Positions 21,114-30,637 of a stretch of 64,000 nt of DNA are shown here, one piece after another. Location: contig CAWGMK010000007.1 of the NCBI GenBank assembly GCA_963823655.1, forward strand, positions 225,908 through 289,907, written 5' to 3'. A program made the translations under genes and the position numbers. Every line of letters begins with the position of its first letter. Positions within the stretch are counted from its first letter, which is position 1. Origin of the DNA: an uncultured Bacillota bacterium (GTDB lineage Bacteria; Bacillota; DTU025; MWDF01). The notes below the pieces were generated by a model. It was not told the origin of the DNA and did no database searches. It was given only the letters and a program-made list of their open reading frames with translations.

Positions 21114-21370
21114 TCTCTATATTTCGCGAATCGTATTTTGACCGGCAGTAAAATGGCGGGTTGCCTCTGTTTGTCATGAATGCTAATCGCCAGGATTAGG
21201 CAACGATAATGCTGGGCTCCTGAACCAATGTACATAACAAAATGCACTTCATCTGAAGGATTAGTGGGTTCTGTGCTGAATACAGGGTTGCGATGCCTCT
21301 AATTGCATATTATGGCTAATTAGATAACAGATGGCAGTTCATTAATAGATGTAAAAGTGGGAGGAAACTC

Positions 21371-21892
21371 GTGAAAAGAGTACTACCTTGTTTGCTATTG
21401 CTTTTTTTAATGATCGGAATGGCAGGTTGTGCTAGTCAGATACCATGGTCCTTTTGTATAAATAGCCTCTACTACTCCGACTATATATCCCCATGGAAGG
21501 GCATCATTATTGAAAACCAACCTAATTGTAAGTGGATCACTGCTGATGTATCCATTACAAATCTCACTGAGAGCCCCAATATAATCCCCGATTGGCATTC
21601 ATGGTTCAGCCTGGTTGTGCTTGCAACAGATGGATGGGCGTATTCATACCCGGACAGCATCTTCCCGGAAGCGGAATACTGCATAAAAAGGAATGAGCCG
21701 ATACCGGCTCTGACTACGGTAAGAGGGGAGCTCTACTTCAGTGTGCCTGAAGAAATGATTTTTGTTTACGCCGTATCTATGGGAATACTAATGGGAGATG
21801 CCCAGTACGTAGAGCCCAATGCAGTACCCACGAGCGACATACCATTATTTTGGTTGGAAAACTTTGACCTGCAAGAGGAGGCCGAAATATGA
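21371..21892 (+). CDS. hypothetical lipoprotein (DUF4352-like Ig fold)
   Basis: Lipobox MAGC. V.ITN...G.LYF.VP pattern. GGGAGG RBS. Confidence 0.7.
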   Translation: MKRVLPCLLLLFLMIGMAGCASQIPWSFCINSLYYSDYISPWKGIIIENQPNCKWITADVSITNLTESPNIIPDWHSWFSLVVLATDGWAYSYPDSIFPEAEYCIKRNEPIPALTTVRGELYFSVPEEMIFVYAVSMGILMGDAQYVEPNAVPTSDIPLFWLENFDLQEEAEI

Positions 21893-22800
21893 AGAGGCTT
21901 GCCCGAGTTTTACTTGTTTTGGCTTTTGCGGTATTGATGCATGGCTGTTCAAGCGGGCTAAGTGATATTGAAATAGTGAGATTAGGCAGACCTATCCACC
22001 CGGGTGAAATCGATACCTTAACAGTTTTCGGCCTTAATCAGGCAGGCGCTACTAACCCGGTAGTTGCAGATTGGACATTAGAGGGAGAATGTGCGGTTTT
22101 GCTTAATAGCACAGGATATGCCGCAGACGTTTTGGCAGTAGAACCTGGCAGGTATAGAGTAACTGCTATAAAAGGAAACCTAACGGACGTTAAGGACTTC
22201 GATATCTATCTCCCTATCACGACAAGCATTTTCTGCGTCAATAAGAATCCCGAGAAAAGGCTGGAAATACAAGTAGGTTCATCCTGTGATATCCGCGCAT
22301 ATGGATTTGACCAATTCGGACGGGAGGCATGGTTAGACCTTGAGTGGAATGTAACCGAAGGACTTGGTGAGTTCACCGAGCTTGAAGACATAGTCTGCTA
22401 TAGCCGAGTTTCTTTTAAGGCTACTAAGGGAGGGATAGGGTGGATTACTGCTTCCGAGGGAGAAGCTAGCAATTCATTTATGGTAGTTGTCTCCCCATAT
22501 GAGCAAATTCCAACAGAATTCGTTATAACGCCTGCTTCTAGAGAAGTGAGGACTCCTGGTACCGCGCAGTTCTACGTCACCATGTATGACCAGATAGGAA
22601 AGTATATGGATATCGATAATATTACTTGGGAGCTCGTAGGCGACATTGGGCGTCTTTTCCCTTCTTCCGGCGGCGGCATTTCCATCTTATTTGTCGCCGA
22701 GAAGGAAGGCACCGGGACCTTGACTGCAAGCTATGGAGATTTCACGGCTACAGCGGTCATTAGCGTATCTGCTTCGGCGCCTTATTCCAAATCTCAATGA
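21889..22800 (+). CDS. lipoprotein with repeated Ig-like domains
   Basis: Lipobox MHGC. Repeated DQ.G...W...G.G.ITAS modules. ATGA overlap with the upstream gene. Confidence 0.75.
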   Translation: MKRLARVLLVLAFAVLMHGCSSGLSDIEIVRLGRPIHPGEIDTLTVFGLNQAGATNPVVADWTLEGECAVLLNSTGYAADVLAVEPGRYRVTAIKGNLTDVKDFDIYLPITTSIFCVNKNPEKRLEIQVGSSCDIRAYGFDQFGREAWLDLEWNVTEGLGEFTELEDIVCYSRVSFKATKGGIGWITASEGEASNSFMVVVSPYEQIPTEFVITPASREVRTPGTAQFYVTMYDQIGKYMDIDNITWELVGDIGRLFPSSGGGISILFVAEKEGTGTLTASYGDFTATAVISVSASAPYSKSQ

Positions 22801-23174
22801 ACCTGTTGGGGCGATGTGGTCCCGTTTTCTACTTGATGTGCTCATGCTGGCCACTGAATTAAGAAGCAGCTGCACTCGGCATATTATTCCCTGTACGAAC
22901 CGGGGGTGGGGTATACGTTAATGAGGGTTAGTTCAAAGATTTCCTTTTAGGGGCTAAGCAATGCACCAATATATACAAAGAGAGAAGATTAGGCAGGACG
23001 GAGCTTCCTAATACGTTACTAATGCCGCCAGTTAAGCTGGCGGTTTTCTTGATGGTCAACACATTTTTGATTTCAAGTCGGTAGAAAACACCCGATTTCA
23101 TTATATTGCTATCATACCTGCACCTTAAATGTTCTAGGCTTTGAGCTCGGACAACGTCCTAGACGATGCTTTTA

Positions 23175-23230
23175 TTAACACAAATGTCACATGGCGTTAA
23201 CATAGCCGTAACCTTCGCTAGGTAATATTG
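23175..23230 (+). promoter_or_regulatory. four-unit OmpR/PhoP-type direct-repeat box
   Basis: TTAACA, GTCACA, TTAACA and GTAACC start at 23175, 23186, 23197 and 23208 (exact 11-bp period), followed by a TAATAT -10-like hexamer. Confidence 0.65.
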
Positions 23231-23362
23231 GTGCAAACAGGACATTAGTAATAGATCGTGCCTGAGAATCTATGGTTCGGACAACAGATTGAACATAGCT
23301 CGAATCAAGGCTCTCATCCGTTCCTTGATTTGAATCCCTTTACAAAGAATTCGAGGTGAAAC

Positions 23363-25036
23363 ATGAAACAAGGCGTGAAGAATATCAGGTTTCTATCTAT
23401 AGCTGTTGCCGTTGCCCTGGCAATGAGCCTTGCCTTTACGGTAGTCGGAGCCGCCCGAGAGGCAAATGCCGGCAGCGCTTCGGAGCCGGAATATGTGACA
23501 AAGATCTTCGGTACGGATATCATCTCCATCGAGATCATCGCGGATGAAGCAGTATGGCAAGGCATGCTCGACAATGCCATAAACGAGCAATACATAATGG
23601 TCGACGTGGTTGTGAATGGGACGAAATTCCAAAATGTCGGCATCCGCCCGAAGGGCAACTCCAGCTTGACGCAGGTAGCGGCCTCTAACAGCGATCGATA
23701 TAGTTTCAGGCTGCAATTTGACGAATATGTTAAAGGCCAGACTTGCTTCGGACTTGATAGCTTCGTTATGAATAATATGCTCGGGGACAGCACCTACATG
23801 AAAGAGTATGTCTCTTATGAATTGATGAGCGAAATCGGCGTGGATGCACCATATTTCGGCTATGCAGACATAAAGGTAAACGGCGAGAAATGGGGCCTGT
23901 ACCTGGCAGTTGAGCGATACAGCAAAAGCTATGAACAGCGCGTTTTCGAAGATACGTCAGGCATGCTTTATAATGTAAAAATCTCGGGCATGAACGGAAA
24001 CGAGGGAGGCAATCTGCCGGGGCAGCTTCTAGGAAATGCCCCTGCCTTGCCGGATGGACAGAATGTCCCGGTAATGAAGCAAATTCCTCCAGGCATAGTC
24101 GGAAACCTAGACACCTCATCCCCGGCCGGGAGCACCTGGGCAAACTTCACACCCCCGGTTAATGCAGATGGAAGTGCATTTGTGCCGCAGATGCGCGGCG
24201 AAATAGGAGGAATGGACAGGAATTTCGGGGGTATAGGCGGACGTGGTAGCTCGGGCGGAAGCCTAGAGTACACGAATGACGATGTCGAAAGCTATAGAGC
24301 CATATTCGATAATGTGGTAGGCAAAGGAACGGATAGCGATTTTCAGAGGGTTGTACAAGCGCTAGAGGCGCTTTCCGAGGGCGAAGAACTAGAGAAGTAT
24401 TTCGACATTGACCAGATCCTGCGCTATCTGGCGGCGCATACCATTGTTGTGAATTTAGACAGCTACAGCTCAAGCATGGCGCAGAACTACTACATATATG
24501 AGCGAGAGGGCCAGATTACCATTCTGCCTTGGGATTACAACCTCGCCTGGGGCGGTTTTCAAAGCGGCAGCGCAACCTCAGTGGTGAACTTCCCGATTGA
24601 TACGCCGCTAAGCGGAGTTGAGATGGCAAGCAGGCCATTGATCGATAAGCTATTCGCAAATGAGGGGTATCTAGAGAAGTATCACAGCTATATGCAGCAG
24701 TTGATCGACGACTATTTTGCAAATGGCAAGTTCGAGGAGAAGATTAGCGCACTAGATGCCAGGATTTCGGATTACGTAAAGAATGACGCCACCGCGTTTT
24801 GCTCATATGAGGAGTACAAAAAAGCCATCTTGGCATTTAACATCCTTGGCGATCTTCGCGCCCAAAGCGTTCAGGGTCAGCTTGACGGCTCAATTCCTTC
24901 TACTACAGAAGCGCAGAATCAAAGCGCAGATAAGCTTATACCTGCAGGGAATCTAAAATTGTCCGACCTTGGTAGTATGATGGGTGGAAGAGTCGGCAAT
25001 AACACCAATTTTCCGGATGGAATGAAGCCAAGATAA
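23363..25036 (+). CDS. CotH kinase family exported protein
   Basis: GIRPKGNSS, Y.KEYVSY, GLYLAVE, NLDSY, NYYIY and PWDYN motifs. Gly/Pro-rich insertion. Signal peptide. Confidence 0.9.
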   Translation: MKQGVKNIRFLSIAVAVALAMSLAFTVVGAAREANAGSASEPEYVTKIFGTDIISIEIIADEAVWQGMLDNAINEQYIMVDVVVNGTKFQNVGIRPKGNSSLTQVAASNSDRYSFRLQFDEYVKGQTCFGLDSFVMNNMLGDSTYMKEYVSYELMSEIGVDAPYFGYADIKVNGEKWGLYLAVERYSKSYEQRVFEDTSGMLYNVKISGMNGNEGGNLPGQLLGNAPALPDGQNVPVMKQIPPGIVGNLDTSSPAGSTWANFTPPVNADGSAFVPQMRGEIGGMDRNFGGIGGRGSSGGSLEYTNDDVESYRAIFDNVVGKGTDSDFQRVVQALEALSEGEELEKYFDIDQILRYLAAHTIVVNLDSYSSSMAQNYYIYEREGQITILPWDYNLAWGGFQSGSATSVVNFPIDTPLSGVEMASRPLIDKLFANEGYLEKYHSYMQQLIDDYFANGKFEEKISALDARISDYVKNDATAFCSYEEYKKAILAFNILGDLRAQSVQGQLDGSIPSTTEAQNQSADKLIPAGNLKLSDLGSMMGGRVGNNTNFPDGMKPR

Positions 25037-25491
25037 GCTACTATCTTCGCAGTAAGATGGGATTGTGAAGTAGTTGGGGCCCACCTTTGGCATAATGAAG
25101 TCATTACCGCCAGTGTTTATTTGCTGGCGGTTTTGTCTTTGATTTTCGCCCTTAGTGGAACAATGGGTAACCTAAGTGCGGATGGGCAAAATATCGGCTG
25201 TTGGGTGGGAAAGTCGTTTTCGAGCAAGTGGCGGCAGTTCATTTCGTTTTGGGATTGGAACGCCGCCGGTACAGGTTTTGGCTAGGATCTTTGCTAGTCT
25301 TCAAAAACGCAATAGCAGTCGAAATACGATTAGCGTTCCGGCTCTAAGGGTAGTGTAAAGGCATACAAAAGCAATTCGAAGAATCAATTTTGCAGGAATT
25401 AGGAAAATTTGACAGAAGGATATTCCCAAGTAGTTGTTATCGGAACCGCAAACTAGCATGAAGGGTGGCGAGACGGATGTCGTTGCATGCG

Positions 25492-27114
25492 ATGAAGGTC
25501 ATTAGAAACGCAGCAATATTGATCCTAGCAACGATTATATTAACCGCTGGCTGTTCATCGAAACCTTATCAAATATCAGGGACTATAACAGGGACAGATG
25601 TTGAGGATGTTGAGGTTCACGTCTTCGGTACCGCAACATTTGTATTAAGCGACGCAGACGGAGAATTTGCGATTGGAAATCTTGTAGGAACGAAGAAGAT
25701 CGTGCCTCAGAAAGAAGGGTATGAATTCACTCCATCGGAGAGGACGGTAAATGGCCCGTCGACGACTATCGACTTCTTATGCTCCGAGGTTGAAGAGACA
25801 TATAACGTCTCAGGCACAATCACCGGGGCTGGAATAAGCGGTGTGACGCTGACTGTGCTTGGGAAAGGGATAACTACTACCTCGGATGCAGGTGGTCATT
25901 ACTCCCTGTTAGGACTTGCGGACGAAAATACTATTATTCCTTCTAAACCAGGTTATACGTATACGCCCACCCAAAGAGTCGTAACTGGGGCCACTACATC
26001 TGCCGATTTCGTGGGAACTGAGGCTGGTGGCGGCTCCTCAATTATTATGATAACTGGCGGTGACGGGCATACTCTAGCAATTGATGAGGATGGAACGCTT
26101 CTGTCTACCGGGTATAACAGCAGTGGGCAGCTTGGGAACGATTCTGACGAAGACACCAACGAACCAGTTGTCGTATCTGGAATAACCTTTGCCTCGGATA
26201 TTGCCGCTGGTGAGGTGCACAGCGCTGCAATAGTCAACGGGCACCTATACACATGGGGAAATGATACCAGCGGGCAGCTCGGTATTGGAGGCATTGGAGC
26301 AGAAGTTTGGGTGCCAGCTGAAGTAACGGGGATTACAGATGCGGTTTTCGTAGATGTTGCTTGCGGTTCGGATCATACGATTGCATTGACCGATGATGGA
26401 GAGGTCTACACTTGGGGAGATAATGACTATAGCCAACTTGGCAGGGCAGTAGATGAATCTCACCCATCTAATCTTCCTGGCGTAGTAAATCTGGCGAGTT
26501 TTCTGCCGGATGTTCCAATAGGGGTGTATGCAGGAGATGCGCTTTGCCTTGTCCTAATGGATGATGGAGGCATGGTAGGATGGGGGGCAAACTACTATGG
26601 AGAGCTAGGATTGGGGCCGGGTCAGCCAAACATTATAGCGACTCCGAGGGCAGTCCTTATCTCTGATGTTGAAGAAGTATCAACGGGGTATTATCACACA
26701 ATTGTCCGCAAAAGCAACGGTGAGCTGTTTATATGGGGCTATAACTGGGATGGCCAGATTGGTGACGGGACAAATATTGACTGTCCCACACCAAAACACC
26801 TGTCTGGTTTCGACAACGCGCTGAGCTTCTTGGCTGCAGGACTATCCTCATTTGTGGTGAATAGCTCAGGCGAAGTATATGCTTGGGGTAATAATTCCAG
26901 CAGCTATCTGGGTACAGGAGAATCCTCTACCAAGATTTACTCCCCTACGCAGGTGCAAAACCTTGCTGACATAGAAGTGATCTATGGAGGGTATGATTAC
27001 ACATTCGCATTCGAGACTGACGGGACTATGTGGGGATGGGGGAACAACGGCGATGGCCAGCTAGGTGACACGACATGGACCTCAAGACCGCTTCCGGTCC
27101 AGATCACTTGGTAG
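25492..27114 (+). CDS. lipoprotein with two Ig/carboxypeptidase-regulatory-like domains and RCC1/BLIP-II repeats
   Basis: Lipobox LTAGC. Duplicated Y.ISGTITG...P.K.GY.F/YTP domain. About 7 repeats of HT.A....G..Y.WG.N..GQLG. Confidence 0.88.
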   Translation: MKVIRNAAILILATIILTAGCSSKPYQISGTITGTDVEDVEVHVFGTATFVLSDADGEFAIGNLVGTKKIVPQKEGYEFTPSERTVNGPSTTIDFLCSEVEETYNVSGTITGAGISGVTLTVLGKGITTTSDAGGHYSLLGLADENTIIPSKPGYTYTPTQRVVTGATTSADFVGTEAGGGSSIIMITGGDGHTLAIDEDGTLLSTGYNSSGQLGNDSDEDTNEPVVVSGITFASDIAAGEVHSAAIVNGHLYTWGNDTSGQLGIGGIGAEVWVPAEVTGITDAVFVDVACGSDHTIALTDDGEVYTWGDNDYSQLGRAVDESHPSNLPGVVNLASFLPDVPIGVYAGDALCLVLMDDGGMVGWGANYYGELGLGPGQPNIIATPRAVLISDVEEVSTGYYHTIVRKSNGELFIWGYNWDGQIGDGTNIDCPTPKHLSGFDNALSFLAAGLSSFVVNSSGEVYAWGNNSSSYLGTGESSTKIYSPTQVQNLADIEVIYGGYDYTFAFETDGTMWGWGNNGDGQLGDTTWTSRPLPVQITW

Positions 27115-27539
27115 CCCAATAATTGCAGAAGATCAAACTGTCCGAAATATGAGGAGCTCCACTAGGGATTGCTAACACTATGCATACCGGCGGAGCTTCT
27201 CTTGTGCTCAAATGGAAAGTAGACGGGATGAACGCGAAATCCCCGTTCATCTAGTAGAACTCAAAAGAAATTGTTATTCTGGTTCCTGCACAATTAGGGT
27301 TATAATCCGCCAGTATGCTGGCGGATTTGTTCTAATTCGTTGGCGGTAAAAAACAGGCTTAGCATTCTCGAACAACATGTGCCAAAGCGTAGGGATTGAG
27401 AGATTTCCTATGGCTCACGTAAAGCATGTGGAATCTCCCGCATGACTGATGGCATTTTAATAAGGTATAACTCGAACATTGCCAAAACCCCCTTGTAACC
27501 AATTTAAATGGTAGTTACTCAGATACGACTTCCTATTGC

Positions 27540-27850
27540 ATCCAAGAGAATACCTACAAATGGCTGCGTCTGTTCATTCGGGAAACCGTCTAAGAACTGC
27601 TCACATGCGGTTGCTCCATGTACGCTCATCCTAAGAACGCTTAGACGCACTCCTTTATTGCTGACAGATGAATCGAATTTGGTTCTTGTCAGCTGATGGA
27701 GAGGAGTTCGCAGCTTTTATCAAGCCACTCTTCCATTTCGCTGAAAGTTACGACATAATCCATCGCTTTTTTGCTCTCATTTTCTTTTTTCTTGTGATCG
27801 CAAGGTGAGATGAAGACAGTTTGCAGCATGTTCCGTACCTATCTTTTGCT
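27540..27850 (-). pseudogene. degraded fragment of an [FeFe]-hydrogenase-like (H-cluster domain) gene
   Basis: Manual translation gives KDRYGTCCK/TVFISPCDHKKKENESKKAMDYVVTFSEMEEWLDK, like the VFI.PC..KK.E...DYV.TF.E motif, interrupted by a frameshift and a stop. Confidence 0.55.
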
Positions 27851-27901
27851 TTTCTCTCATGTAAATCACTAAAGCCAAAGTGGCCGATATTTATCATGCA
27901 A

Positions 27902-27956
27902 AATAGTTGACATTGGAAACCATAAAGGTTTTAATAATAGTTGACTATGGAAACCA
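27902..27956 (+). promoter_or_regulatory. sigma-A promoter with duplicated MarR-type operator
   Basis: Direct repeat AATAGTTGAC(AT/TA)TGGAAACCA at 27902 and 27936, each an imperfect palindrome. The first contains TTGACA. Confidence 0.75.
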
Positions 27957-27979
27957 ATTAACAAGGAAGGAGGTATCCT

Positions 27980-28432
27980 GTGAACAAGAAAATAGCAAAC
28001 ATATATGACCTTATCCAAGAACTATCATGGTATTTCGGAAATCAAGGGTTCAGCGGAAAGTGCTGTGGAAACCTCTCCTTGGTTGAATTTACGGCCCTAA
28101 AACACCTAAGCATAAAGAATATAGCCTCTGTACAGGAAATTGGGGTCTCTTTGAATATCTCAAAAAGCGGTGCGAGCAAGATAATCGATCGTCTTGAAGC
28201 TGACGGTCTTGTCCTGCGTGAGAAGTCCACCGTCGACGGGCGTGTATGTTGCGTAGCCATTACTAAAGAAGGGGTAAACATGGCATCAAAAATAACTGAT
28301 ACTTACTCTTCTTATGTAAATGAGGCGCTTAGGGATTTGGAACCAGTATCAATAGAAAATATCGAAAGCTCTTTGGCTATTCTAACTGATTCAATACGCA
28401 AAAAAGGTTTCATTAAACCAACGGCAATGTGA
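27980..28432 (+). CDS. MarR family transcriptional regulator with Cys motifs
   Basis: Winged HTH (ISKSGASKIIDRLE..GLV.R...DGR). CC pairs at KCCG and RVCC. Confidence 0.9.
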   Translation: MNKKIANIYDLIQELSWYFGNQGFSGKCCGNLSLVEFTALKHLSIKNIASVQEIGVSLNISKSGASKIIDRLEADGLVLREKSTVDGRVCCVAITKEGVNMASKITDTYSSYVNEALRDLEPVSIENIESSLAILTDSIRKKGFIKPTAM

Positions 28433-28448
28433 AGGAGAAAGCGAAGCA

Positions 28449-29339
28449 GTGAATACTTTTATTGAGACAGTTAAGTACTTCTTCTACATTTTGGCTGAAT
28501 TAACTGTGCTGTTTTTAGGAATCAGCACGGTAGTGGCTTTGGTGCTCATGTATTTGCCTCAAAAGAAGCTTAAGGGTTGGATGTCGGGGAAAGGGCTCAT
28601 AGGTAACTTGGTCGGGGCGGCAATAGGGGCGGTTACGCCTTTTTGTGCTTGCTCTACCATTCCCTTGACCTTAGGATTTCTCGAAATGGGGATCCCATTT
28701 GGGGCCGTAATGTCATTTGTTATCTCATCGCCTTTGCTAAATCCAATAATTCTAACAATGATTGTGGCATTGATGGACTTAAAATCGGCCATTGTATATT
28801 TCCTGGTTACCTTCATCGGCGCCATAGTTTTCGGAATTGTCCTTGAAAAGATTGGTGGCGCCAAGCTTATTAAAAATGTGCGAATAAAGTCGGGCGGCCA
28901 CGAGGATGATGTGGATCTACCTTCGGCTTTCTTAATCAGATTGAAAATGGCCTTTATTAAGGCTTGGGGGGACTATAGGGGCGTACTGGTATTCCTTCTA
29001 ATCGGAGTTGGGGTGGGGGCATTTATCTATGGTTACCTGCCTCAGGATTTTGTGCTGAGGTATGCCGGTCCAGATAACCCATTTGCCATTCCTATCGCTG
29101 CGGCAATCGGAGTTCCACTTTACATCCGGGCAGAGACAGCCATACCTATCGGAGTGGCTCTCATGGAAAAAGGAATGAGCGTTGGAGCCGTAATCGCACT
29201 AATAATCGGCGGCGCTGGAATGGCCATACCAGAGATGAGCATGTTGGCCAGTATATTCAAGAATAAACTGGTTGCGGCCATTGTAGGAGCAGTATTCTTT
29301 ACAGCCGTAATTGGCGGCTACATCTTCAATATGATTTAG
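28449..29339 (+). CDS. ArsP/DUF318 family permease
   Basis: TPFCACSTIP, SPLLNP, GVPLY and GAGMAIPE motifs. Multiple TM helices. Confidence 0.9.
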   Translation: MNTFIETVKYFFYILAELTVLFLGISTVVALVLMYLPQKKLKGWMSGKGLIGNLVGAAIGAVTPFCACSTIPLTLGFLEMGIPFGAVMSFVISSPLLNPIILTMIVALMDLKSAIVYFLVTFIGAIVFGIVLEKIGGAKLIKNVRIKSGGHEDDVDLPSAFLIRLKMAFIKAWGDYRGVLVFLLIGVGVGAFIYGYLPQDFVLRYAGPDNPFAIPIAAAIGVPLYIRAETAIPIGVALMEKGMSVGAVIALIIGGAGMAIPEMSMLASIFKNKLVAAIVGAVFFTAVIGGYIFNMI

Positions 29340-29348
29340 GAGGAAAAG

Positions 29349-29522
29349 ATGATGGATGAAAAAAAGGGGTTCTTAGGCGGTCTTTTAGGAAGCAAAAAGG
29401 CAAAGAAGAGTCCTTGCTCATGCGGATGTATGGTGCTTGAGGAAATTCCCAGTAAAGATGCTGAAAAGAAAGATGAAAAAGAGCCCTCAGAAAATGAGAA
29501 GGGCTCTTGTTGCAAGCAATAA
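29349..29522 (+). CDS. 57-aa Cys-rich small protein
   Basis: Below ORF-track cutoff. AGGAGG RBS then MMDEKKGFLGGLLGSKKAKKSPCSCGCMVLEEIP...KGSCCKQ*. Confidence 0.7.
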   Translation: MMDEKKGFLGGLLGSKKAKKSPCSCGCMVLEEIPSKDAEKKDEKEPSENEKGSCCKQ

Positions 29523-29660
29523 GTAACTGGCCGCTTCTTCTCTCCTAGAGTCAATGCGATAACTACAAAATGGGCATAACCGAAGCACAAGGGACTTTGA
29601 AACAGATCCCAATGTAGTCACAACAAATCTCGGCTTACCTAAAGAGAATCGGGGTTCAAA

Positions 29661-30629
29661 ATGGAGAATATTTTAGAAATCAAAGGACTCCAAGTAATAT
29701 ATTCTAGCAACCAAGAGATAGTGAAAGCGGTCAACGGTATAAACCTATCTCTTGCAAAGGGCAGAACTCTTGGAATAGTAGGTGAAACTGGCGCGGGAAA
29801 AACAACAACCGCGTTAAGCATTATGAAAATTCTGCCCGAGCTGACCGGTAAAATCACCGGCGGCTCTATCATTTTCAATGGGAAGGATCTCACCGATGTT
29901 TCGGAAGCGGAGATGCGCCTGATTAGGGGCGGGATGATATCCATGATATTCCAGGATCCCATGACAAGCCTTAATCCTGTGCTAACGGTCGGAGATCAAA
30001 TCGCTGAAGCCATAGCTCTTCATAAAAACTTGGATTCCAAAGGCGTTCAAAAGCGGGTGTCAGAAATTCTAGAGTTAGTTGGCATACCTGCTTCGAGGAA
30101 GAATGAATATCCGCACCAATTCAGCGGCGGAATGAAGCAGAGAGTAGTAATTGCAATAGCCCTTGCTTGTGATCCGATGCTTCTTCTAGCAGATGAGCCG
30201 ACTACTGCACTTGATGTGACTATCCAAGCTCAAATAATCGAGATGATGGAAGGGCTTAAGCGTAAGCTAAATACGTCAATTATCCTGATCACTCATGACC
30301 TTGGCATCGTTGCCGAATTTTGTGATTACGTAGCAATAATGTATGCAGGCGAAATCATCGAAATTGGCACCGCCAGGGACATATATGAATCTGATAAACA
30401 CCATCCTTACACAATAGGCCTTTTCAATTCAGTACCCAACCTTGAGGTAGAAACAGAGAGGCTTAATCCTATAGACGGGCTTATGCCCGATCCGACGAAT
30501 TTGCCCGAAGGCTGCAAGTTTCATCCTCGTTGCCCCAAATGCATGGAAATATGCAAAGTTGAGATGCCGAATGAATTTGCGCTGGACGGGCATATAATCA
30601 AGTGCCACCTTTATGTAAATAAAACATAG
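29661..30629 (+). CDS. dipeptide/oligopeptide ABC ATPase (DppD/OppD)
   Basis: GETGAGKT, FSGGMKQR, DEPTTALD and C-terminal GC.FHPRC. Confidence 0.93.
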   Translation: MENILEIKGLQVIYSSNQEIVKAVNGINLSLAKGRTLGIVGETGAGKTTTALSIMKILPELTGKITGGSIIFNGKDLTDVSEAEMRLIRGGMISMIFQDPMTSLNPVLTVGDQIAEAIALHKNLDSKGVQKRVSEILELVGIPASRKNEYPHQFSGGMKQRVVIAIALACDPMLLLADEPTTALDVTIQAQIIEMMEGLKRKLNTSIILITHDLGIVAEFCDYVAIMYAGEIIEIGTARDIYESDKHHPYTIGLFNSVPNLEVETERLNPIDGLMPDPTNLPEGCKFHPRCPKCMEICKVEMPNEFALDGHIIKCHLYVNKT

Positions 30630-30637
30630 GATGATGA

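Noticed and set aside
21120-27500. Integron cassette array
   Set aside because: No integrase and no convincing RYYYAAC...GTTRRRY attC pairs. Genes have their own promoters and long spacers.
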